Virus record (IMG/VR): IMGVR_UViG_3300029736_000004
Length of the DNA stretch: 64,000 bases
Source: a virus
Lineage: Duplodnaviria; Heunggongvirae; Uroviricota; Caudoviricetes
Reading direction: 5' to 3' (one strand)
A program made the translations under genes and the position numbers. Every line of letters begins with the position of its first letter. Within the stretch, counting starts at the first letter, position 1. This document shows positions 18,875 through 28,416 of the stretch, piece by piece. The notes under the pieces are model-generated. The model made no database searches, had not been told where the DNA came from, and saw nothing but the letters and a program-made list of their open reading frames with translations.

Positions 18875-19204
18875 ATGAGTTACAGCAGGCTCGACGATCG
18901 ATGCATTGAAGACGATGTGCTGCGCGCACTATTCCATCAGGAGATGATCAAGCGGGTATCGGAGTATCACTCCGATAATTTCCAGTACACGATAAAAATT
19001 GATGAGGTTTATCGCTCAGACCTGGCGGCCTATCGCGCCTATGGCAACGCTGATTTGCGCTGGGTATTTCGCGTGCTGGTGGGCCATGAGTCAGAAATGG
19101 AAGAAATGCCGGTCGGGACAACGTTAACTCTTCCTGACGCAGCATGGCTAAGAAACAAGATTCGCGATTACGCTGGCTCGGCACCGGAGATAGAAAATGC
19201 CTGA
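18875..19204 (+). CDS. hypothetical protein (109 aa)
   Basis: ORF; overlaps start of next gene. Confidence 0.45.
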   Translation: MSYSRLDDRCIEDDVLRALFHQEMIKRVSEYHSDNFQYTIKIDEVYRSDLAAYRAYGNADLRWVFRVLVGHESEMEEMPVGTTLTLPDAAWLRNKIRDYAGSAPEIENA

Positions 19205-20402
19205 CTTCCTGAAAAATCAGGACGGGCGATATATCACTGACGGCCTGTCCTCTAAGGATTTCACACGCGTATTTGAACTCATCAGGAAAGAGCAAAACCG
19301 CAAACGCCGCCAGGCGCACAGGACACTCACGCCGGGCAGGCTTAGGAATAAATCAGCCGAAGACATTCTTAAGCTGGGGAAAAAGAAAGGCGGCACGTTC
19401 TTTACGCGTGACGATCTGAAAGGCTTCGAAAAGCTGCGAAGCAAAGCTCGCGAAAAATACGACAGCAAGACGGCTGGCATTACATACGCACAACTGGTAG
19501 CGTCCAGCCAGGCTATCGATATTAAGCGAGCAAATAACGCCGTAGACGACGGTTCTGGTATCAAAAGAGCTACGCCCGTATCTCTTCGTCACAATGTGAT
19601 TAATATCCGCGTGGAAGCGTCCGATATATCCGTTCACCAGCACCACATTGTCCGGGTACGTTTTGAAGAATGGGATCAGATGGTCGATGACATCGCAGAA
19701 GACGATAAATCAGCCCTGAAAGTCACAAAATCACTGTGTGCCGGGCGAGTGTCTTTCGATTGTGACTGCGGTCGCCATCAATACTGGTATCGCTACATCG
19801 CCACTGCGGGTAACTTTGCCCTGGCCCCGCCAAAAGAATACGCCTATCCAAAAGTTCGCAACCCTAAGCTGCAAGGCGTCGCCTGTAAACATGTGATCCA
19901 CTCAATGACACGACTACAGTCTGCCAGTTGGCAGATGAGTATTGCTCGCGCCCTGCAAAAAGCTGCAACGCAAGTTGCCTTTGGTGACGATCGCCGCCGC
20001 ACGACAAAACACTTCACAAAAGAAGACGAGAAGGCGTTCAATCGAAACCGTAGCAGCAAAACGAATGTTGAGGCAGCTAAACGTGAATGGAAGCTCTATC
20101 AGAAACGCCAGGCCGCTTTAAGCTCAAAACTGGCAAAGGACAACGGTAAGATCGACAAGCTGCGCGACCAACTGACCAGGGCCAGAAAGTTATCCGACGC
20201 ACAGAAAAAACGGGCAGCGGCAAAAGAAGCTGCTTTGCAACGGGAGAAGCAGAAAAACAAGGAACTTCAGCAACGCCTTGCTGATCAGTTCGCACTGAAG
20301 AAGCAGGCGTTCATTGATGCGCTTGTTATGGCAGGAACACCACCAGCACAAGCCGAAAAGATGTTCATGGCGTATGTGAAGAACAACGTAAAAAATGTAT
20401 AA
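19197..20402 (+). CDS. hypothetical protein with CxC...CxH zinc-finger-like motif and Lys/Ala-rich coiled-coil tail
   Basis: SFDCDCGRHQ...GVACKHV motif; C-terminal 120 aa highly charged and helical. Confidence 0.45.
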   Translation: MPDFLKNQDGRYITDGLSSKDFTRVFELIRKEQNRKRRQAHRTLTPGRLRNKSAEDILKLGKKKGGTFFTRDDLKGFEKLRSKAREKYDSKTAGITYAQLVASSQAIDIKRANNAVDDGSGIKRATPVSLRHNVINIRVEASDISVHQHHIVRVRFEEWDQMVDDIAEDDKSALKVTKSLCAGRVSFDCDCGRHQYWYRYIATAGNFALAPPKEYAYPKVRNPKLQGVACKHVIHSMTRLQSASWQMSIARALQKAATQVAFGDDRRRTTKHFTKEDEKAFNRNRSSKTNVEAAKREWKLYQKRQAALSSKLAKDNGKIDKLRDQLTRARKLSDAQKKRAAAKEAALQREKQKNKELQQRLADQFALKKQAFIDALVMAGTPPAQAEKMFMAYVKNNVKNV

Positions 20403-20603
20403 GTGTTTGCAAGGACATGAATAGTACACTATTATGATGGTGAAGGAATGGTACATGTTGAACCAAACCTTCGAGGATGCAGCAGACTGAAGAAATTCAG
20501 ACATCCCGCAACCAGCTATCATAACAGGTCAAACCAGTTGTGATACTTGGTCAAGGCAAAGTCCGGTAATGGCGTTCTGAATACCAGAAAATAATTTCTG
20601 GCG

Positions 20604-20634
20604 AAGCCCACCTTAAGGTGGGCTTTGTTATTTT
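20604..20634. terminator. terminator-like hairpin
   Basis: AAGCCCACC-TTAA-GGTGGGCTT followed by T-rich tract. Confidence 0.4.
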
Positions 20635-21167
20635 GGTGGCTTAGGAAGCGGTTTGTTCCTTAACAGATTGTATGCGATTGCGAAAAACTTCACTGACCTG
20701 CCATTTGGTTTTTCTGATACCGGGTAGGCGCTAGTGATGTGTAACCGCAACTTTTTCTTTTCCCTGAAAGCCTTAAACGCAACAAAATAATACTCCTTGT
20801 TACCCTCCCCAATATTTACCTCAATAACGGCATAGCTTCCGTATCCGGCATGGATCACCTTACCTTCCGACAATGACAGAATTGCCTCTTTTAAGTGAAG
20901 TTTGGCAAGATTATAGCGACGCTCACAAAATGGACGAGACTCTTTAGGGGCGTGGTACATTAACGCCAGTTTCTCTTCCTCAGTCTGGTGTGCATAGTCT
21001 TTTGTGAAGCAGTGAAAAGAGTACGTAACCCAAAAGCGATACTCTATCGGTTGCTTTCCTTCTTGTTGCTGAACAAACACAGCCTGATGAGCATCAAGAA
21101 ATGACAAATCACGAATAACACCATCAGGGTGTTCAAATGCTCGCCACTTTTCAACTTCCTGACTCAC
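20628..21167 (-). CDS. hypothetical protein (179 aa)
   Basis: Isolated minus-strand ORF between plus-strand operons. Confidence 0.45.
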   Translation of the reverse strand: MSQEVEKWRAFEHPDGVIRDLSFLDAHQAVFVQQQEGKQPIEYRFWVTYSFHCFTKDYAHQTEEEKLALMYHAPKESRPFCERRYNLAKLHLKEAILSLSEGKVIHAGYGSYAVIEVNIGEGNKEYYFVAFKAFREKKKLRLHITSAYPVSEKPNGRSVKFFAIAYNLLRNKPLPKPPK

Positions 21168-21318
21168 TGTCTCTCCTTAAATTTCAACCGAGCAATGATA
21201 CCGCACCTCTGATAGTTTTCGCCTCCCCAATCTACATAAATCTCCTGTCAGCAAACAAATCACAATCTCCCGAAAATCTTCCTTTCGATACCTGATAAAT
21301 CGACCTTTGAGGACGCTT

Positions 21319-22113
21319 ATGGGCCGTTTTGATGAATGGCTTGCTGATGATGCAAGCCTGATGAGAAAGGGAACAGAACATGACAGCACGCAGAGAGAAG
21401 AGACAACGACGGTTGAAGCGAATGAAGGAAGCACAACGGAAAATGGGAAGGTCAGTACAGGGCCATTCAGTATTCTGGAAGAACGCGCTGCCACCGAAGC
21501 AGATAGCCGCCATGATAATTGGTCTGATAATGCTGGTGACTCTGTTACGGAAGTGATTGAACCTGACATCGCTCCCCTACCGGCATCGCTCGCTAACAGA
21601 GAACCAAACCAGCAGCTTAAAACCCGATATAACGGACACAAAGCGTTCAACGACCAGATCCGCGCCGATTGGATGCTCATTATTGAATCAAGCCCTGACG
21701 CATTCGAGGCGCTTTTATATCGCCCGGCTGATGGCACCTATGGCGTCGTAAACGATGAAACAGGTGAAGAGTCATTCACGCAACTGGACAACAACCAGCG
21801 TGAGCTTACCTATCTGGAACCGGAAATCGTATACGTCCTGGACAACCCGGACGGAAGGGATTCGTTTCATGCCATTGATGCCGATGGAGAACAGGATGGT
21901 CTTGCTGATGAAGTGCTAATCCTGCGTATTGCTGCAAACAACGTACCTGTTGGTTCAATCCTGGAATGGAACGAAGAAATGGCGAATGGCCTCGCCCGCC
22001 GCTGGTGGTACGTGCACCGAATCTTCAGCTACGGAACACAACACGTCGGCTCCCTTTATTACTGCATCCCGGCCAGGAACTTTGATACCACTCAAAACGG
22101 AGTGATCGAATGA
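21319..22113 (+). CDS. acidic hypothetical protein
   Basis: ATG with GAGGA RBS; first of four coupled genes ending in a gpV-like spike. Confidence 0.45.
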   Translation: MGRFDEWLADDASLMRKGTEHDSTQREETTTVEANEGSTTENGKVSTGPFSILEERAATEADSRHDNWSDNAGDSVTEVIEPDIAPLPASLANREPNQQLKTRYNGHKAFNDQIRADWMLIIESSPDAFEALLYRPADGTYGVVNDETGEESFTQLDNNQRELTYLEPEIVYVLDNPDGRDSFHAIDADGEQDGLADEVLILRIAANNVPVGSILEWNEEMANGLARRWWYVHRIFSYGTQHVGSLYYCIPARNFDTTQNGVIE

Positions 22114-22877
22114 CATCCAACAAAACTCTCCTGTCCCGCATTGGCGAGTGGCAGACAACGCGTACTGGAAAATTCCAGACAACTGGTCTGGAAAGAGTGG
22201 ATAACGCTTTTGCTACGCTAATCAGCGACATTTTTTCTGACGTAACGCTGGTGGAACCAGCAAAAGAAGAAAGGCGCTTTGCATCATTCCTGAGTCGCCC
22301 ACCAGCGGAGCGTGTTTATGTTGCCCGTTTTGATAACGCGGTCGAGTTCCTTAAATCGGTTCGCCGTGCTAATGCCGGGCAAGGGAGAAAGCCAGAGAAT
22401 CCGAACATTAATCGCGATGCGCTCCCTCTGATTAATATCTCGCGCTCAATGGATATCAGCTATATCAACAATGACCAGCAGATAGACCGCAAAAGCTGTG
22501 ATCACTTCTGCGAACCTGGCAGCGGTATGCCTTTAGTAGCCCTGGAATACACCCAGGCAAATCTGACGTATGACGTTACGTTAATGGCGACGGATAAGGC
22601 GACCATGAGTCTGATGTGTAATTCGCTAGGAGCACGTCTTCGCTTGATGGCAGGAACGCAGTTTGAAGCAACAACCCCGCTGGTACGAGTACCCGTCCCG
22701 CTAATTTGCGCGATTCAGGATGCTAAAGACATCAGTTTTACTGATGTTTCAGCCCCAATTGGGGAAGAGCGTATTTATGCTGCACAAACGGCAATTAGTG
22801 TTATAGCAGACGTGATCACCGCCTGGGAGCTGGACGCGAAACGAATTATTACTGAAACCTCTCTGAGAATGGGGTAA
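22110..22877 (+). CDS. hypothetical protein (baseplate-associated by context)
   Basis: Coupled ORF. Confidence 0.4.
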   Translation: MTSNKTLLSRIGEWQTTRTGKFQTTGLERVDNAFATLISDIFSDVTLVEPAKEERRFASFLSRPPAERVYVARFDNAVEFLKSVRRANAGQGRKPENPNINRDALPLINISRSMDISYINNDQQIDRKSCDHFCEPGSGMPLVALEYTQANLTYDVTLMATDKATMSLMCNSLGARLRLMAGTQFEATTPLVRVPVPLICAIQDAKDISFTDVSAPIGEERIYAAQTAISVIADVITAWELDAKRIITETSLRMG

Positions 22878-22880
22878 GCC

Positions 22881-23861
22881 ATGTCCCAGGAGCTACAGCA
22901 ATACTTTCTACAGTCCGTTACCATCAACGGAAACAAAGTACCCAGGGAGTGGATATTCACTGCCGTATATGTGGAAAAGGCAAACCTGCGTGCACCATTG
23001 CTGAAACTGGAAATTCACGACATTACCGGCACCATAATTGATGACTGGAAAACAAAATACGGCGCAGCACTGGTTGCAGAGATGGGAGATCCACAAGGCA
23101 ATTCAGGCACGTTTAAAACAACTTTTTTCGTAACATCTGCGGTGCTGGCTGGTGATGTCATCACGGTCATTGCAGTCAGTGAAGACGTTCGGATATTTAA
23201 GATCCCCGCTATACGGGCTAACCTGCATACAAATAAAACGCCTGATACCATTTTCAAGACGTATACCGGTACACTGAAAATCGCCTCCAGCGCATTGAAA
23301 CGAAGCTGTACGTACCATCTTTCCGCCGGGGAAAAACCCTCCAAAATGCTATCTGAAATGGCCCGCGACAAAGGCGCTTTATGCTGGGCCTGCCGTGGTC
23401 AGTTTAACTTTTATACATTAGCTGACCTTATGAAAGCCAAACCATCATTCACCTATGAAGGGAACAACCCCAGGGCGGAATACACGATTTCAAAAATGAG
23501 GCTTATACAGCAAGAGTATGCCGTTACGGCAAATACTCAGTATCGATTTACCGGCTATTCAATGACTGAAGGCTATGTCGAATATGGCGATAGCTCACTT
23601 CCAATACGCTATATATCCGATCCGGATATGGAAACTCTGCGCAATATGCAATTGTCGCTCGTACCCAAAATGGATATTGAGGTCGCGGGTAATCCCGACA
23701 TCACGCCGGGAATGGTTATTGAGATCCTCGTGTATCGTTACGACCAGGAAAATAAGCTGGACGAATCGTTGCCTCGTAAGCTGTTGGTGAAAAACGTAGC
23801 CCATTTTGAGGACCGGATCGGATATACAACACGAATGATATTAGGAGTACCCAACCAGTGA
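22881..23861 (+). CDS. hypothetical protein (baseplate-associated by context)
   Basis: Coupled ORF upstream of the spike gene. Confidence 0.4.
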   Translation: MSQELQQYFLQSVTINGNKVPREWIFTAVYVEKANLRAPLLKLEIHDITGTIIDDWKTKYGAALVAEMGDPQGNSGTFKTTFFVTSAVLAGDVITVIAVSEDVRIFKIPAIRANLHTNKTPDTIFKTYTGTLKIASSALKRSCTYHLSAGEKPSKMLSEMARDKGALCWACRGQFNFYTLADLMKAKPSFTYEGNNPRAEYTISKMRLIQQEYAVTANTQYRFTGYSMTEGYVEYGDSSLPIRYISDPDMETLRNMQLSLVPKMDIEVAGNPDITPGMVIEILVYRYDQENKLDESLPRKLLVKNVAHFEDRIGYTTRMILGVPNQ

Positions 23862-24535
23862 AACGCAGAGCGCAAATCGTAGGGACCAAACACCCTGCCG
23901 GACTTATGCGAGCGCAGGTCCGCATACTGCCTGACTGGAACGGTGTACCGGATGAAGACCTCCCATGGGCAGAGTATCAAATGCCTATCGGTAACGCCTT
24001 TACACCTACAGTCAGCGGCGATTTAGTCTGGGTAGAATTTCCTTATCTGGATGCTAAAGGCAGGATAGACACGCGCCGACCTTTAATCGTTGGTGCGGCG
24101 CAGGATGCCCCAGGAGGCGTACCAAATGTGCCTCCGGAAGCCTCCGGACAAGGAAGTGGATGGTCGCCAGAAGAAGTTGATGGTGCTCCTGCCCGCCCCC
24201 AGTTTTCGGCGACTGAAGATTTTGTTATTCACCGAAACAATATCCTTGAGGTCAGAACGGCTGGCGGTGGCTATGAAATAGCAAACACCGCCGCAGGATC
24301 AAGGATAGGGATGAACGAATCCGGCCAGATTTACATAATCGGCCCGGCGAATATAGTGCTTAATGCTGGAGGTGAGGTTAACGTCAAATCAAGCAGCAAA
24401 ACCAATGTATCCTCTGATGGAGACGTTAATGTAAAAGGCAGCAATGTAACCGTCGCCGCTGATGGTGATATAGCCCTGAAAGCTGGTGGCGCGCTAAAAG
24501 CAACAGCGAGCAATTTCTCCTTTGTGAAGGGATAG
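23858..24535 (+). CDS. baseplate central spike protein (gpV-like)
   Basis: N-terminal OB-fold-like region (GDLVWVEFPYLD) and C-terminal beta-helix repeats (VNVKSS..DGDVNVKGSNVTVAADGDIALKAGG). Confidence 0.5.
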   Translation: MKRRAQIVGTKHPAGLMRAQVRILPDWNGVPDEDLPWAEYQMPIGNAFTPTVSGDLVWVEFPYLDAKGRIDTRRPLIVGAAQDAPGGVPNVPPEASGQGSGWSPEEVDGAPARPQFSATEDFVIHRNNILEVRTAGGGYEIANTAAGSRIGMNESGQIYIIGPANIVLNAGGEVNVKSSSKTNVSSDGDVNVKGSNVTVAADGDIALKAGGALKATASNFSFVKG

Positions 24536-24543
24536 CAAAATGC

Positions 24544-24587
24544 AAAACTGTGTTAGATAATTGAGTTTTATTTTCTAACACAGTTTT
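24544..24587. promoter_or_regulatory. operator-like palindrome (site D)
   Basis: 13-bp perfect inverted arms AAAACTGTGTTAG / CTAACACAGTTTT separated by 18 bp, directly upstream of rdgC. Confidence 0.55.
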
Positions 24588-24594
24588 GCGAAAC

Positions 24595-25500
24595 ATGAGA
24601 TTAGTCGCCTTTAAAAACATATACGTCTATCGCCTTGCCCGCGAAATTAAACTGGACTCAACCACCGTTAGTGATGCCTTAAGCCAATTCACATTCACTC
24701 CATGCGCATCACAAGAAATGGCAAAAGTCGGATGGGTGCCGGTTCTGGCTGACAACCTGATCCATGAATACCACGGTTTTCTACTTCTCCAGCAACAGCG
24801 AGAAATTAAGCTCCTGCCCTCTCATGTCATTAAGGAGGAAGTGCAGAAAAAAGTGGAAAAGCTCGAAAATGAGCAATCTCGTAAGCTGAAGAAGTCGGAA
24901 AAAAACACCCTGAAGGATGAAGTTCTCCACTCTTTGTTGCCTCGCGCATTCACTCGCAAATCATTGTCGCGAATCCTTATTGATCGCGACAACTATCTGG
25001 TCTTCGTAGAAGCTTCCAGCGCCAGAAAAGCAGAAGAAATGCTGGCGCTCTTACGTAAATCACTTGGCAGCCTGCCAGTGATTCCATTCACGCCGATAGA
25101 ACCGCTCGAAATGACTATGACCGAATGGTTCAAGTCAACATTTCCTCAAGGCTTTAAAGCAGGCGAAGAAGCCATATTGAAATCGCTGTTCGATGACGGC
25201 GGCGCAGTTCGTTGCAAGAAAGTAGACCTACAGTCAGAGGAAATAATGACTCATATTGAAGCCGGAAAAGTTGCAACAACAGTTGCAATCAACTGGCAGG
25301 ACCGCGCGACCTTCAGGTTAAACGATGATATGAGCATCAAAGCACTGACGTTTTGCGATGATCTCTATGACCAGAACGATGACATCGACCGTGAAGATGT
25401 TGCCCAGCGATTTGATGCTGACTTCATTCTGTTCACAAGCGAATTATCCGCGATGTTTAGCTCGCTGGTGGAGGCCATTGGCGGTGAAGCAGAGCATTAA
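24595..25500 (+). CDS. rdgC: recombination-associated protein RdgC
   Basis: FKN..VYRL N-terminus, MAKVGWVP, and EVLHSLLPRAFTRKS...LALLRKSLGSLPV match RdgC throughout. Confidence 0.8.
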   Translation: MRLVAFKNIYVYRLAREIKLDSTTVSDALSQFTFTPCASQEMAKVGWVPVLADNLIHEYHGFLLLQQQREIKLLPSHVIKEEVQKKVEKLENEQSRKLKKSEKNTLKDEVLHSLLPRAFTRKSLSRILIDRDNYLVFVEASSARKAEEMLALLRKSLGSLPVIPFTPIEPLEMTMTEWFKSTFPQGFKAGEEAILKSLFDDGGAVRCKKVDLQSEEIMTHIEAGKVATTVAINWQDRATFRLNDDMSIKALTFCDDLYDQNDDIDREDVAQRFDADFILFTSELSAMFSSLVEAIGGEAEH

Positions 25501-26164
25501 TAACCGACCGCTGGCGGTGAGTCTTTGTGATTATACAGGGAATATGGTTTCCCCCTGGCTGGAACACGGCATTGATGCAGTCATTGTCGATCCGCAACAC
25601 CAGGAGTCCGGCAGCCAATTGATGGAGTCAGGTGCTGTACTCACACGTATCAGCGCAATTATTGACAGTGATGAGGTCTACAATTTCCTTCGGAAAAATT
25701 TGCACAGAGTTGTATTTTTAGCCGGTTTCCCTCCATGTACTGACCTGGCTGTATCTGGCGCACGCTGGTTCGCAGATAAAGCGAAAAAAGATCCGGTTTT
25801 CCAGTTCAAAGCAATGCAGGTTGTCTGGCAGTGTTACGACATTGCAAAGATGATTGGTTGCCCGTACATGATTGAAAACCCGGTCAGCCAAATATCGACA
25901 TTCTGGCGTAAACCTGATCACATATTCCATCCTTATCACTTCACTGCATATTGCAAGGAAGACAATTACACCAAAAAAACATGCCTGTGGAGCGGACAAG
26001 GATTCATCATGCCAACTCCGCGAATCGACGAGTCGTTAGGTGATCCAGACAACCGAATACACAAGGCACCGCCAGGACCTGAAAGAGCGAATTTTCGTAG
26101 CGCAACACCTTACGGTTTTGCAAGAGCTGTATTTGAAGCAAATAAGGAGGGAATCCGTGGCTGA
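25484..26164 (+). CDS. putative DNA methyltransferase (C5-cytosine-like PC and ENV-like motifs)
   Basis: GFPPCTDLAVSG and MIENPV motifs; GTG start with GGAGG RBS inside the rdgC 3-prime end; overlaps dam start. Confidence 0.45.
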   Translation: MKQSINNRPLAVSLCDYTGNMVSPWLEHGIDAVIVDPQHQESGSQLMESGAVLTRISAIIDSDEVYNFLRKNLHRVVFLAGFPPCTDLAVSGARWFADKAKKDPVFQFKAMQVVWQCYDIAKMIGCPYMIENPVSQISTFWRKPDHIFHPYHFTAYCKEDNYTKKTCLWSGQGFIMPTPRIDESLGDPDNRIHKAPPGPERANFRSATPYGFARAVFEANKEGIRG

Positions 26165-27074
26165 TATTGGTGCTAAATTTATTTCTTATAGCGACAATCA
26201 TCGTCCTGCGGCGGAAGCCACTATCAACCATATGCGACGTATTCGCTCGGAGGACGAATTTGATCGCCCCGTCTTTAAGTGGGTCGGCGGCAAATTTTCT
26301 GCACTGCCCATTATCTTCGAACACCTGCCCCACGGAAAACGGTTGATAGAACCTTTCGTTGGAGGTGGCGCTGTTTTCACTAATGCCGGATTTAAAAGCA
26401 ACCTGCTGAACGATATCAATAATGACCTGATTAACTTCTATCAGACATTGCAGCGTGAAGGGCATTCTCTTATCACACTGGCATATCGTTTTTTTCAGGA
26501 TTACAACTCTGCTGATGCATTTTTGAATGTTCGCAATGCATTCAACAATGGTGCTTATGATTCTCTTCACCATGCGGCGGCGTTCCTGTATCTCAATCGT
26601 CATTGTTTTAATGGCGTCACTCGCTATAACCGTAAAGGAGAGTTCAACGTCGGATATGGAAAGCAGAAATCTCCCTACTTCCCTCTCGCGGAAATGGAGG
26701 CGTTCCTGGATGACGATATTTCAAAGTATTCGGAGTTTGTGTCCGGCGATTTTGCTGGTGTAATTGAGGCTGCCGGGAATGATGATGTGATTTTCTGCGA
26801 TCCCCCCTATGAACCATTGCCTGACACTACCGGATTTACAAATTACTCAGGGCATAGCTTTAGGTTTGAAGATCAACAACGGCTGGTGTCACTGCTGGTG
26901 GATGCCCACAGACGCGGAGCGAAAATTGTGATAACAAACAGTGGTGCGCCTAACATTCGCGAACTTTACGTTGGCAATGGCTTCAAGGTGTATCCTATGC
27001 CATCCCGTCGCTCTGTATCCTGTAAAGCATCAACGCGAATGATAGCTAACGACATTATAGCCACGCTTAATTAA
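26157..27074 (+). CDS. dam: DNA adenine methyltransferase (Dam family)
   Basis: FKWVGGK and DPPY motifs; GTG start with AAGGAGG RBS. Confidence 0.8.
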   Translation: MADIGAKFISYSDNHRPAAEATINHMRRIRSEDEFDRPVFKWVGGKFSALPIIFEHLPHGKRLIEPFVGGGAVFTNAGFKSNLLNDINNDLINFYQTLQREGHSLITLAYRFFQDYNSADAFLNVRNAFNNGAYDSLHHAAAFLYLNRHCFNGVTRYNRKGEFNVGYGKQKSPYFPLAEMEAFLDDDISKYSEFVSGDFAGVIEAAGNDDVIFCDPPYEPLPDTTGFTNYSGHSFRFEDQQRLVSLLVDAHRRGAKIVITNSGAPNIRELYVGNGFKVYPMPSRRSVSCKASTRMIANDIIATLN

Positions 27075-27077
27075 GAA

Positions 27078-27098
27078 AAGCCCCATATGGGGCTTTTA
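27078..27098 (+). terminator. intrinsic terminator after the methyltransferase operon
   Basis: AGCCCCA-TA-TGGGGCT followed by TTTTAT. Confidence 0.5.
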
Positions 27099-27099
27099 T

Positions 27100-27205
27100 A
27101 ACATCAAACAAGCACCGTTACGGTACACTAATAACACCATTCTGGTACTAAAAAGGAACCAAAGCAGCCTCAAAATAACACATGGAACCAAAACGGTGTT
27201 ATTCC
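27100..27205. repeat. repeat cluster flanking the ParA/ParG operon (downstream side)
   Basis: AACACCATTCTGGTACTAAAAAGGAACCAAA and AGCCTCAAA..TGGAACCAAAACGGTGTT units shared with 28140-28375. Confidence 0.45.
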
Positions 27206-27209
27206 GGCG

Positions 27210-27497
27210 TCATTTTGTATCCTCAGACTCTGCAAGCATGAGGATAGCATGGCGGATCATATTCAATTTGCTGCGATTATGCTTTTTGCTTAACGCATCA
27301 AGTACCTGGTACTCGTATTCATTGAAGCCAACACGAATGGATTTAAAATCACGTGGGGCGTCCTTATCGAGCACTTTGTTGTCTTCTGGTTGCTCACCCG
27401 GCACCAAATCAGCTTTGCTGGCAAAAGCCTCAATTCGGCGTTCAAGATCGAGGTCTTTTACTTCGGGGGCTTTTACCGATTTACGAGGCTTAATCAC
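27210..27497 (-). CDS. ParG-like ribbon-helix-helix partition protein
   Basis: Small protein directly downstream of the ParA gene; C-terminal beta-strand/helix pattern IRVGFNEYEYQVLDALSKKHNRSKLNMIRHAIL. Confidence 0.5.
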   Translation of the reverse strand: MIKPRKSVKAPEVKDLDLERRIEAFASKADLVPGEQPEDNKVLDKDAPRDFKSIRVGFNEYEYQVLDALSKKHNRSKLNMIRHAILMLAESEDTK

Positions 27498-28131
27498 TTA
27501 ATAACTCCTTAACCAACATCTGGATTTCACCTTTAGCTTTCCCGTTGTCCATCTCAACAACGCCCTTCCCTTCAGCCATACAATCGCGGTAAACCTTGCG
27601 ATCGCGAATGATGGTTTTCAGCAACTTCAGTTGCGGATATTCAGCAAGGTACTCTTTGGCCTCATTGGCTTCATTCACAACCGGATTGGATGGGGCCATT
27701 GTTAAGACTGCGCACGCCTTAATGCTAGGATTAGGCATCAGATCCAAAGCCTCTTCAAAGACTTCAACAAAATGCGCCAGCGTGTCTAAATCTGGCTGAG
27801 ATGGCCTGAATGGAACAAGCAAAACATCCGCCGCAGTAATACCGGTGCGCATCTCTTTGCTATCACGACCAGCGGTATCAACAACCACAAATTCATAACG
27901 CTTGTCCAGATCAAGAAGTGTTTCACGAATATTCCCAAACTTCTGGACGCAATGAATTACTGGAGAAACCTCTGCCGCATTACGGTCCGATGCCCAACGG
28001 GCAGATGTTCCTTGCTTATCTGCATCAAGTAGAACTACGTCCTTATTTGCGCGGGCAAGCTCCGCACAAATGTTTACGCTGGTGGTTGATTTGCCACAGC
28101 CACCTTTTTGGCTGGCTACCAATATAATCAT
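27490..28131 (-). CDS. parA: ParA-family partition ATPase (small type Ib, ParF-like)
   Basis: Deviant Walker A KGGCGKST near N-terminus; 213 aa. Confidence 0.85.
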   Translation of the reverse strand: MIILVASQKGGCGKSTTSVNICAELARANKDVVLLDADKQGTSARWASDRNAAEVSPVIHCVQKFGNIRETLLDLDKRYEFVVVDTAGRDSKEMRTGITAADVLLVPFRPSQPDLDTLAHFVEVFEEALDLMPNPSIKACAVLTMAPSNPVVNEANEAKEYLAEYPQLKLLKTIIRDRKVYRDCMAEGKGVVEMDNGKAKGEIQMLVKELLSD

Positions 28132-28139
28132 ATCCGTTC

Positions 28140-28375
28140 CTCGGTGTTATTTTGGTATCAAAATGGTTCCAAACAGAAGCCTTATTGATGCGGTTTTGGC
28201 TCTATAGTGGAGTCACTATGCTTTGCAAAAGTATAACACTAAACACTCTAAATTTGCCCTCTGTTGCATCCTGTTTAACACGAAATCAGCCTCAAAGTGG
28301 AACCAGACACAAAACAGCACCATAACAACACCGTTTTGGTACTAAAAGAACACCAAATTAGAACCATAACAGTAT
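28140..28375. repeat. repeat cluster upstream of the ParA gene (candidate centromere/operator)
   Basis: GGTGTTATTTTGGTATCAAAATGGTTCCAAA and CACCGTTTTGGTACTAAAAGAACACCAAA related units. Confidence 0.45.
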
Positions 28376-28400
28376 AAAAAAGGCTGCAAATTGCAGCCTT
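28375..28400 (-). terminator. intrinsic terminator after parR (minus strand)
   Basis: Perfect palindrome AGGCTGCAA-A-TTGCAGCCT followed on the minus strand by TTTTTAT. Confidence 0.5.
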
Positions 28401-28416
28401 TGAAGATGTAGATTTG

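Noticed and set aside
26007-26603. 198-aa minus-strand ORF
   Set aside because: Lies entirely antisense to the Dam methyltransferase gene, which has clear catalytic motifs; treated as a shadow ORF.
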